This document shows, one piece after another, positions 54,159 to 61,986 of a stretch of DNA of 64,000 nt. Position numbers and translations under genes: made by a program. The stretch is from Gemmatimonadaceae bacterium (GTDB lineage Bacteria > Gemmatimonadota > Gemmatimonadetes > Gemmatimonadales > Gemmatimonadaceae). How positions within the stretch are numbered: position 1 is the stretch's first letter; the number at the start of each line of letters is the position of its first letter. The stretch covers positions 46,495 through 110,494 of the forward strand of contig DASUHB010000064.1 in assembly GCA_036273715.1 (NCBI GenBank). The letters are read 5' to 3'. Under the pieces are notes generated by a model. The model saw only the letters and a program-made list of their open reading frames with translations. It had not been told where the DNA came from and did not search any database.

Positions 54159-55705
54159 CGGTCACCGTCGACGGGCGGCGGATCAGCGCGCCGGAGGGCT
54201 CGACCTTGGCGTCGGCGATGCTGGGCGCCGAGGTCACGCATTTTCGCACGTCGGTGACGGGCGCGCCGCGGGCGCCGGTCTGCGGGATGGGCGTGTGCTT
54301 CGAGTGCCGCGTGACGGTGGACGGGCGACCGCACCAGCGATCGTGTCTCATCCCGTGCACCGACGGCATGCGCGTGGAGACGTCGCCTAACGAAATCGGC
54401 GCATGGGCGCCGCCGCCGGACGCGGTCCACGAGAGCCGCTCGTGTGATGTGGCGGTTGTGGGCGGCGGGCCGGCGGGCATCGCCGCGGCCGTCGCGGCGT
54501 CGGCGGCGGGTGCGCGCGTGATCGTGATCGATCAGGGGATGCGTCCGGGTGGACAGATCTGGCGGCACCGCGACCCGGCGGCGCTGCCGAAGGCCGCCCG
54601 GAACTGGTTGGCGCGACTCGGCGAGAAGGGGGGCGGCGCGCCACCGGAATGGCTCGCCCGGTCGACTGTGTTCGATGCGAGGGTGGGCGAGGACATCGTC
54701 TTGCGCCTAACTGGTGAGGGCGCGCGCGGGTGCGGCGCGGTGCGCGCGCGGCGCGTTGTGCTCGCGACCGGCGCGCGCGAGCTGCTGCTGCCGTTCGATG
54801 GATGGACGCTGCCGGGCGTCCTGGCGTTGGGTGGCGCGCAGGCCCTGCTCAAAGGCGGCATGGTGGTGCGCGGCAAACGCGCGGTGGTTGCGGGGTCCGG
54901 TCCGTTGCTCCTGCCGGTTGCCGCGGCGTTGTCGCGCGCCGGGGCCCGCGTCATGTTCGTGGCCGAGCAGGCGCCGATCGCGCAGGCGGCCGCGTTCGCG
55001 GCCGGCCTGTGGTCGCATCCGGCGAAGCTCTGGCAGGCGGCGGCGTACGGCGCGTCCCTGCGTGGCGCGACGGTCCGGTTCGGCACGTGGGTGCGCTCGG
55101 CCGAGGGCGACCAGGGCCGGGTCGCTCGGGTGCGCCTAACGAACGGACGGCGGGCCTGGACGGTGCCGTGCGATCTGCTCTGCGCGAGCTACGGATTCGT
55201 GCCGGCCGTCGAGCTGGCGCGCCTGATGGGGTGCGACGTCGAGCGCGGGCGGGTGGCCGTGGATGCGCTGCAGCGCACGACCGTGCCCAACGTGTGGTGC
55301 GCGGGCGAGCCTACGGGCGTCGCCGGCGAGGCGGCGGCGCTAGTCGAAGGCCGCATCGCCGGGCTGGATGCGGCGGGCGACGAGGCGCGCGCGCGATCGG
55401 CGCGGCTCCAGCGCGCGCGCGACGGCTGGCGTCGCTTCGGTGAGCGCCTCACGGACGCGTTTCGTCCGCGGGATGAGGTCCGGCGGCTGGCGAGCGACAG
55501 CACGGTGGTGTGCCGGTGCGAGGACGTGCGGCGCGAATCGCTCGATCCGTCGTGGTCGGTGCGCCAGGCGAAGCTGTACACGCGCATCACAATGGGCCCG
55601 TGCCAGGGCATGGTGTGCGGCGCCGCCTGTACGAGCTTGTTCGGCTGGTCGCCGGGAACGGTGCGGCCGCCCGTCGGCGGGACGGAGGTCGCTCGTCTCG
55701 GTTAG
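54143..55705 (+). CDS. Fused (2Fe-2S)-binding / FAD-NAD(P)-binding oxidoreductase (opine oxidase/HcnAB-like subunits fused)
   Basis: N-terminal 2Fe-2S-type segment (VTVDGRRISAPEGSTLASAML...CGMGVCFECRVTVDG), then VAVVGGGPAGIAAAVAAS and a second Rossmann-like region. Late Cys cluster VVCRCEDV...GPCQGMVCG. Confidence 0.75.
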   Translation: MPRDVTVTVDGRRISAPEGSTLASAMLGAEVTHFRTSVTGAPRAPVCGMGVCFECRVTVDGRPHQRSCLIPCTDGMRVETSPNEIGAWAPPPDAVHESRSCDVAVVGGGPAGIAAAVAASAAGARVIVIDQGMRPGGQIWRHRDPAALPKAARNWLARLGEKGGGAPPEWLARSTVFDARVGEDIVLRLTGEGARGCGAVRARRVVLATGARELLLPFDGWTLPGVLALGGAQALLKGGMVVRGKRAVVAGSGPLLLPVAAALSRAGARVMFVAEQAPIAQAAAFAAGLWSHPAKLWQAAAYGASLRGATVRFGTWVRSAEGDQGRVARVRLTNGRRAWTVPCDLLCASYGFVPAVELARLMGCDVERGRVAVDALQRTTVPNVWCAGEPTGVAGEAAALVEGRIAGLDAAGDEARARSARLQRARDGWRRFGERLTDAFRPRDEVRRLASDSTVVCRCEDVRRESLDPSWSVRQAKLYTRITMGPCQGMVCGAACTSLFGWSPGTVRPPVGGTEVARLG

Positions 55706-55724
55706 GCCAGGACGCCGGCGGCCA

Positions 55725-57137
55725 TCACTGCGCGTAGCGGAGTACGTCGTACAGGTACCGGATGCCGGCGCGGACGTTGGCCGTCGAGATCCGCTCGTCG
55801 TTGCCGTGGACGCCCCGCTGGGCATCGCTGCTCTCCACCTGGAACGGGTCGAAGCCGTAGGTCACGATGCCTAACGCTCGATAGTACGGGCGATCGGTGG
55901 CGCCCGTGAGCATCGGGGTGGTCACGATGGCGCCGGGCACGCGGTCGCGCGCGGCACGCTCGATTGCCCGGAACAGATCGGTGTCGATCGGGCTTTCGAG
56001 CGGCGCGTTCACCGGCGCGAAGGGCGTCCAGTGCACGGCCGTGTCGTTCACCACGGCCTGGAGCCGCGCCAACACGGCAGCCGGATCGGCGTCGGGCAAC
56101 AATCGGATGTCGAGCTCCGCGGTCGCTTCGGATGGGATGACGTTCGTCTTGTTCGATGCCGAGAGGACGGTCTCGGAAATCGTGTTTCGCAGGATCGCAT
56201 TCCAGTAGATGTTGCTCGTGATCCATGCGCGCGCGCGCGGATCGCGTAGGGCGGTGCGCACGTCGGAGAGCCACGCACGCTCTTCGCCGGAGTACGTCGG
56301 GGCGATGTCGTGCAGGAATTTTGCGACGCCCGGTGTGACGTGCAGCGGTGTCTCGTAGTGCGCGAGCTTGTCGAGCGCCGCCACAAGGCGCGGCACCGGG
56401 TTGTTCTTCGTTGGGCGCGATCCGTGCGAGGCGATCCCGTGCACGGTGAGATGCTGCCAGAACGTCCGCTTCTCCGAGACGCTGACGCCGACGTACTCGA
56501 GCGTGCCGTCGTGGACGAGGTTGTCGCCGCCCTCGGTGAGCAGGTACTCGATGCCATGGAGCAGATTCGCGTGCCGCGATGCGAAGATGCGCGCGCCGCT
56601 GCTGCCGAGCTCTTCGTCGGAATTACCGATGAACACGATGTCGCGCGTACGATGGATTCCGGAGCGTTCGAGGGCGATCATCGCCATGAGCTGCACGATG
56701 CCCTCGCTCTTCATGTCTAACGCGCCGCGACCGTAGATGTAGCCGTCCTTGATGACGCCGCCGAACGGATCGACGCTCCAGAATTTGGGCGTCGCCGGCA
56801 CCACGTCCATGTGGTGCACCAGCGCGATGCCTTTCTTGGCGCCGTCGCCCGTGAGGCGCACGTACAGGTTTCCCCGCGACGGACCGAGCGCCGTCGATTC
56901 TGTGTCGAGCACTTGCACCGTGAACCCTTCGCGCTCGAGGACGGGTATCAGGAACTTGATGGCCGCCATCTCGTTGCCCGGCGGGTTTGTCGTGTTGACG
57001 CGGATGTAGTCGGCGAGCAGCTGCACCGCCGTGTCGCCCAACGCGTTCCAGTCGAGCGCGGCCGATCGTTGGGCATGAGCCGCGGTCACCGGCGCCGCGA
57101 GCATGGCGAGCGTCGCCGCTAGAGCAGAGAATCGCAT
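55725..57137 (-). CDS. M20/M28-type secreted metallopeptidase
   Basis: From ATG 57137: signal peptide MRFSALAATLAMLAAPVTAAHA, then HHMDVVPA, GRGALDMKS and NSDEELGS, which are typical of the M20 family. Confidence 0.8.
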   Translation of the reverse strand: MRFSALAATLAMLAAPVTAAHAQRSAALDWNALGDTAVQLLADYIRVNTTNPPGNEMAAIKFLIPVLEREGFTVQVLDTESTALGPSRGNLYVRLTGDGAKKGIALVHHMDVVPATPKFWSVDPFGGVIKDGYIYGRGALDMKSEGIVQLMAMIALERSGIHRTRDIVFIGNSDEELGSSGARIFASRHANLLHGIEYLLTEGGDNLVHDGTLEYVGVSVSEKRTFWQHLTVHGIASHGSRPTKNNPVPRLVAALDKLAHYETPLHVTPGVAKFLHDIAPTYSGEERAWLSDVRTALRDPRARAWITSNIYWNAILRNTISETVLSASNKTNVIPSEATAELDIRLLPDADPAAVLARLQAVVNDTAVHWTPFAPVNAPLESPIDTDLFRAIERAARDRVPGAIVTTPMLTGATDRPYYRALGIVTYGFDPFQVESSDAQRGVHGNDERISTANVRAGIRYLYDVLRYAQ

Positions 57138-57243
57138 GGCAGGAATCGGCGATCGTGCGCATGAAATCGCAATGGGGCCGGCCGACGAAACCGGACTGCG
57201 CAGGCGCTCGTACGGCGCACACGACACCCACGTGACCGGCGGC

Positions 57244-59535
57244 ATGATGCTTTGGCTTGGAGTTGTGTTCGCATTGCAGGCTCACGCTGCGCGAGACACC
57301 GCGCAGACGTCGACGCGCGCCGACACTCCTCTGGTCGCGACGCCGGCGCAAATCGCCAACGCGTACGAGGATTCGAGCGCGCGCACGCTCGTGGCTCGTG
57401 CGCGGGCGGCGCGCGTCAGCCAGGATTCGTCGCTCAAAGCATACGACGCGACGGCAAAGCGCCGCTTCACCGTCAACTTCGGGCTGGGTGCGCACGGTCC
57501 CGAGCGGCTCCTCATCCGCAGCGAAGGTGCATCGCGCGTGCGTTGGACGCGCGGCGTTGGTGCGCACATCGACATTCTCGCGGCGCGCACGGCGATCCCG
57601 CTCGCGTATCCGGGTGCGCGCGTGCTGTCGGAGATGTTGGATGACAATCCGGTGCCGTATTTCCCGGGTCGCGAGGGCCTGGTTGGCTTCTCGGAAGTGG
57701 TGCGATCGCGCCAGCGGCACGACTCGCCGATGATTCATCCGCTCGAGGACGGCGCGGAGTCGATGTATCGATTCGCGACCGGCGACTCGGTGTCGCTGGC
57801 GTTTCCGGACGGCCGGCGGATTCGGCTACGCGAGATTCGGGTGATTCCGCGCTCGCCGCGGTACGACTTGATCGTCGGCTCGCTGTGGATCGATGAATCA
57901 TCCGGGCAGCTCGTGCGCGCCGTGTACCGCCCCGCGGCGGACATGGACATCGCCGACATGGCCCGTCGCGACGACCCGCACTCGTTCGACGACGTTCCAG
58001 CGTTAGTCAAGCCGTTGATCTTCCCGATGAGCGCGACGATCTCCGCGTTCATCGTCGAGTACGGCCTGGTGGACGAGCGCTGGTGGATGCCGCGCGTACA
58101 GACCATCGAGGGTCGCGCGCGCATGGGCCCGACGCACGCGACGTTCTCGGTCGAACAGAATTTCCGGTACGCGAGTGTGAACGTGGCGGATTCGCTGCCG
58201 CCGATCGCGATGGCCGCGGTGACGGATTCGGCGCGTGAAGCGCGGCGTGATTCGATCCGCACGGCTCGTCGCCGCGACCGCCGGCACGGCGACGACGACG
58301 AGGATCCGGACATGCAGTCGATCAGATGCCCGCGCGCCGACACGCTCGTGCGATATCAGATGCGCCACGACGGCGCGCTGCCGATCGAGATCCGGATTCC
58401 GTGCGACACGGCGGCGTTGGCGCATTCGCCGGAGCTGCCGCCGTCGATCTTCGACTCGGGCGCGGAGACCTTCGGCGTTCCGGACCGCGATGCGGTGCTC
58501 AAGTCGCTTGGGTTAGGCGTGCAGCCGGGCTGGAGTCCGGGTGCGCCGTCTCTGCACTACGGCCTCGAGGATGGGCTGACCCGTTACAACCGGGTGGAAG
58601 GGTTGTCGCTCGGCGCGCGCCTGGACGAGCAGTTCGGCGCCGGGCTGTCGGGAAGCGTCACCGGCCGCATCGGCGTCGCGGATCTGCAGCCGGGGTTCGA
58701 CGCGCAGGTGCAGCGGTCGGACGGCGTACGAACGTTATCGTTAGGCACCTACCGGAGATTGGTGCCGGCGAGTCCGTGGGGCGACCCGTTCTCGCTTGGC
58801 AGCTCGATCGGGGCGCTGATGCTGGGCAACGACGATGCATTCTATTATCGGGCGTGGGGTGTGGAGCTCGGCGGCCGGCGTGACGGACGAGCCACCATCC
58901 AGTGGCGCGCGTTCGCCGAGGACCAACGGAATGCCGACGTCAACACGCCGTTTTCGCTGTATCATGCGTTAGGCGCGCGCGATGGCGCGCCGCCCAACAT
59001 TCGCGCCGCGCGCGCCGGCGAGGCCGGCGGCGTGGTGTCGGCGCACGAAGACTTCGGACTCGACCCGGCCGGCTGGCGCGTCGGCCTCGGCGCCTCGCTC
59101 GAGGGAGCGGGCGGCACGTTCGATTACGGGCGCGGATCGCTCGACGCATCGGTGTCGCGCGGCATCTGGTCCGGGCTCAGCGCATCGCTGGGCGCGAGTG
59201 CGGGCACGAGCGTCGGGACCGTCGCCCCGCAACGTCTGTGGTACCTCGGCGGCGCGCAGACCGTGCGCGGCCAGATCATGGGTGCGGAGGCGGGCGACGC
59301 GTACTGGTTCGGCCGCGCGGAGCTCGGGTACGGGCTCCTGGCTCTTCGCCCAACGGTGTTCTTCGACATCGGCTGGGCGGGGTCTCGGAGCGAGTGGTGG
59401 TCGCCCGGCCGGCCGATCAGCGGCGCGGGCGTCGGGTTGTCGTTACTGGACGGTTTGCTACATGTGGATGTCGCGCACGGCATCCAGCCGTCGAGGTCCT
59501 GGCGGGGCGCGCTGTATTTGGAGACCCGCCCGTAA
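57244..59535 (+). CDS. Outer-membrane protein with a C-terminal Omp85/surface-antigen-type beta-barrel
   Basis: The C-terminal region ([39 protein letters not shown]) resembles the bacterial surface antigen (D15) barrel. The N-terminal roughly 500 aa are unassigned. The start (57244) is uncertain. Confidence 0.6.
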   Translation: MMLWLGVVFALQAHAARDTAQTSTRADTPLVATPAQIANAYEDSSARTLVARARAARVSQDSSLKAYDATAKRRFTVNFGLGAHGPERLLIRSEGASRVRWTRGVGAHIDILAARTAIPLAYPGARVLSEMLDDNPVPYFPGREGLVGFSEVVRSRQRHDSPMIHPLEDGAESMYRFATGDSVSLAFPDGRRIRLREIRVIPRSPRYDLIVGSLWIDESSGQLVRAVYRPAADMDIADMARRDDPHSFDDVPALVKPLIFPMSATISAFIVEYGLVDERWWMPRVQTIEGRARMGPTHATFSVEQNFRYASVNVADSLPPIAMAAVTDSAREARRDSIRTARRRDRRHGDDDEDPDMQSIRCPRADTLVRYQMRHDGALPIEIRIPCDTAALAHSPELPPSIFDSGAETFGVPDRDAVLKSLGLGVQPGWSPGAPSLHYGLEDGLTRYNRVEGLSLGARLDEQFGAGLSGSVTGRIGVADLQPGFDAQVQRSDGVRTLSLGTYRRLVPASPWGDPFSLGSSIGALMLGNDDAFYYRAWGVELGGRRDGRATIQWRAFAEDQRNADVNTPFSLYHALGARDGAPPNIRAARAGEAGGVVSAHEDFGLDPAGWRVGLGASLEGAGGTFDYGRGSLDASVSRGIWSGLSASLGASAGTSVGTVAPQRLWYLGGAQTVRGQIMGAEAGDAYWFGRAELGYGLLALRPTVFFDIGWAGSRSEWWSPGRPISGAGVGLSLLDGLLHVDVAHGIQPSRSWRGALYLETRP

Positions 59536-59544
59536 AGGCGGACC

Positions 59545-59574
59545 GGACGGACAAGGACGGACACGGACGGACAG
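59545..59574 (+). repeat. Three tandem 10-nt units GGACGGACA-N inside a 44-nt T-free tract, followed by T6
   Basis: GGACGGACAa GGACGGACAc GGACGGACAg at 59545-59574. No T occurs between 59534 and 59577, then TTTTTT at 59578-59583. It sits between the Omp85-like stop and panD. Confidence 0.8.
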
Positions 59575-59705
59575 GGATTTTTTGGCGGAAAGGATCTGTC
59601 GTGATCGGCCTACCGGGTCGGCTATCTTTCAAGAGAGAAAACAGCGTTCGGGGCGGAGAGGTCCGGGCGCGGAATCTGGCATCTACGAGTGAGAGCGCGG
59701 ACACT

Positions 59706-60077
59706 ATGCGTCGCAGGATGTGCAAGTCGAAGATCCATCGCGCAACGATTACCGGCGCGGATCTGCAGTATGAGGGGAGCTTGACTCTGGACCGCGACCT
59801 GATGGACGCGGCCGATCTGGAGCCCTACGAGCAAGTGCAAGTGGTGAATGTGAATACGGGCTCGCGACTCGAGACCTACGTGATCGAGGGTGAACGCGGG
59901 AGCGGCGTCATCCAGCTGAATGGGGCGGCGGCAAGGATGGGCGCGCCGGGCGATCCGGTGATCGTCATGAGCTACGCTGACTACGACGAGAGCGAGCTTG
60001 CGCTGTTCGCGCCGAGGGTGGTGTTCGTGGACGAGCGGAATCGGATCGTCAAAGGGCGGATTCGGCGCGCGAAGTAA
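59706..60077 (+). CDS. panD: Aspartate 1-decarboxylase
   Basis: [29 protein letters not shown] aligns with E. coli [29 protein letters not shown], including the Gly-Ser self-processing site. The 391-aa track ORF is an off-frame extension. Confidence 0.92.
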   Translation: MRRRMCKSKIHRATITGADLQYEGSLTLDRDLMDAADLEPYEQVQVVNVNTGSRLETYVIEGERGSGVIQLNGAAARMGAPGDPVIVMSYADYDESELALFAPRVVFVDERNRIVKGRIRRAK

Positions 60078-60281
60078 GTCAGCGGGTCGTCTGGCGGCAG
60101 CGGGCGACGCGTCGTCGACTGGTTACATCGTGCTTGGGCGCGTCGTCGAAAGAGCACGCCAGCACGCTGTGCAGCAATCGCCAGGTTGCCGAACGTCGCA
60201 CGCGCTTTCGTCGCTTTTCCTAAGGGACGTGCGCCGGCGTCTGCGCTCCCCATCGTGGCGCTCACCACGCAGTCATAGCGG

Positions 60282-61538
60282 ATGCCAGACGCACTCTCGA
60301 CTACGACGCCGTCACACGCCCACGAGCAGACCAACGCCGAGGTGCTGTTGTGGCAGGGCAAGGTTCGCGCGGGATTCGCGGCCTTGGCCGGCGCAGTCGG
60401 GCTGATCCTGCACCTCACGGCGACCGTCACGCGGTCGCCGCGCGTTGGGCTGTTGACGTTGCTCAGCTATCTGGTGGTCAACTTGTGGCTGAGCCGCAGC
60501 GCCCGCCGGCGCGGCGCGGCGCGCGATTGGATGGTGGCGGTGACGATGGCGTCCGACGTGTTGTTCATGCTGGCCATCGCGTACCTGTTGATCCCGCCGC
60601 AGCATTACGACCGCGTGTTGTTAGGCGGTTTCGCGATTCTGCACCTCACCGAATTCTATTTCGGACGGCGGCTGTCCTGGATGGTCTTGGGCGGCCTCGT
60701 GGCCGGGTACCTCGGCCTGGTGTCGAACGCGATCGCGAACGGCGCCGTGCTGTCCTGGACGTCCGAGTTAGGCACGGCGGCGGTGTTCACGGTGGCGGCC
60801 GCGACGTTCATCGTCCACTACAGCAATTTCAACTGGCGGCTCAACGAGATCGTCTCGCTGTTCGATCGGGCGGAAGGCGGCGACTTCTCCGGCGAGTACG
60901 ACGCCGCGGCCGACAAGCGGCCGGACAGCGTGACGCTGGTGGGCCGCGCGTACAACCGCGTGCGCCCGCAGCTCGCGAATCTCGTGATGACCGACGCCTT
61001 GAGCGGATGCCAGAACCGGCGCGGGTTGGAGCAGCAGCTGGCGCGCGAAGTGTCGCGGGCAGCGCGGACCGGGCGCGAGCTGGCGCTGATTGCGATCGAC
61101 GTCGATCACTTCAAGACCATCAACGACACCTTCGGGCATTTGGCAGGCGACGCCGTGATCCAGGAAGTGGGCGAGCTCTTGCGGTCGGTGGCGCGCACGG
61201 GCGACGTGGTGGCCCGCACCGGGGGCGACGAGTTCATGCTGCTTTTGCCGGAGACGAACGCCGCCGGCGCATTCCGCCTGGCGACGCGCACACGGGAAGA
61301 AGTCTCGAAGCGCCGTTTCCAGGGGATTTCGGGCAAGGTCCCGGTGACGGTGAGCATCGGACTCGTGGCCGACCGCGTGACGGACGAGAACGTGGTGCAC
61401 GATCTGCATTCGCGCGCCGACGAGGCGTTGTACGCGGCGAAAGACGGCGGACGCAACCGCGTGAGCATCTGGACGCCGAACTTGCGCGCGATCGCGGTGC
61501 AGCGGGCCGGGCAGGCGCTCATGCGCACCGGCACGTAG
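60282..61538 (+). CDS. Membrane-bound diguanylate cyclase (GGDEF domain)
   Basis: About 5 N-terminal TMs, then DALSGCQNRRG, IDVDHFKTINDTFGHLAGD and RTGGDEFMLLL (the GGDEF active site). Confidence 0.85.
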   Translation: MPDALSTTTPSHAHEQTNAEVLLWQGKVRAGFAALAGAVGLILHLTATVTRSPRVGLLTLLSYLVVNLWLSRSARRRGAARDWMVAVTMASDVLFMLAIAYLLIPPQHYDRVLLGGFAILHLTEFYFGRRLSWMVLGGLVAGYLGLVSNAIANGAVLSWTSELGTAAVFTVAAATFIVHYSNFNWRLNEIVSLFDRAEGGDFSGEYDAAADKRPDSVTLVGRAYNRVRPQLANLVMTDALSGCQNRRGLEQQLAREVSRAARTGRELALIAIDVDHFKTINDTFGHLAGDAVIQEVGELLRSVARTGDVVARTGGDEFMLLLPETNAAGAFRLATRTREEVSKRRFQGISGKVPVTVSIGLVADRVTDENVVHDLHSRADEALYAAKDGGRNRVSIWTPNLRAIAVQRAGQALMRTGT

Positions 61539-61557
61539 CCGGTCCCGCGCCGGCCGG

Positions 61558-61586
61558 TTGACAGGCCGCGTCGCTTGTCCTAGACT
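61558..61586 (+). promoter_or_regulatory. Candidate sigma-70-type promoter of the PadR/ADOP operon
   Basis: Consensus TTGACA (61558-61563), a 17-nt spacer, then TAGACT (61581-61586), 30 nt upstream of the padR ATG. Pattern match only. Confidence 0.5.
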
Positions 61587-61614
61587 CTCAGGTGAGATTA
61601 TTCACTGAGAGTCT
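61582..61614. promoter_or_regulatory. Perfect 10-bp inverted repeat overlapping the -10 element (candidate PadR operator)
   Basis: AGACTCTCAG (61582-61591), 13 nt, then CTGAGAGTCT (61605-61614). It spans the -10 element and the predicted transcription start and ends 2 nt before the ATG. Confidence 0.5.
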
Positions 61615-61616
61615 CA

Positions 61617-61967
61617 ATGGCGGCCGAGGCGTTGCCCCTGGTCAAGGGGACGTTGGATGTGCTGGTCCTCAAGGGATTGTCGTGGGGGGCCATGCATGGC
61701 TTCGAGATCACGTCGTGGCTCGAGGCACACTCGAGCGGCCGGCTCGACGTCGATGACAGCGCGCTCTACCAGGCGCTGCATCGCATGGAAGAGCGCGGTC
61801 TGGTCGAAGCCGAGTGGGGAGTAACCGAGAACAATCGTCGGGCGCGGTACTACCGGATCACGCCGGCCGGCCGTGCGCATCTGCGCGCTGAAAGCGCGCG
61901 GTGGGTGCGCTACGCGGAGACGGTGACGAGCATCCTCACCGCGCGCCAGCGCGCCGCGCCGGCGTGA
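61617..61967 (+). CDS. PadR family transcriptional regulator (acidobacterial-type, ADOP-associated)
   Basis: LVKGTLDVLVLKGLSWGAMHGFEITSWLE...LYQALHRMEERGLVEAEWGVTENNRRARYYRITPAGR is a classic PadR winged helix. Confidence 0.85.
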   Translation: MAAEALPLVKGTLDVLVLKGLSWGAMHGFEITSWLEAHSSGRLDVDDSALYQALHRMEERGLVEAEWGVTENNRRARYYRITPAGRAHLRAESARWVRYAETVTSILTARQRAAPA

Positions 61968-61986
61968 TGCGCGCGCGGGGTGCGCG

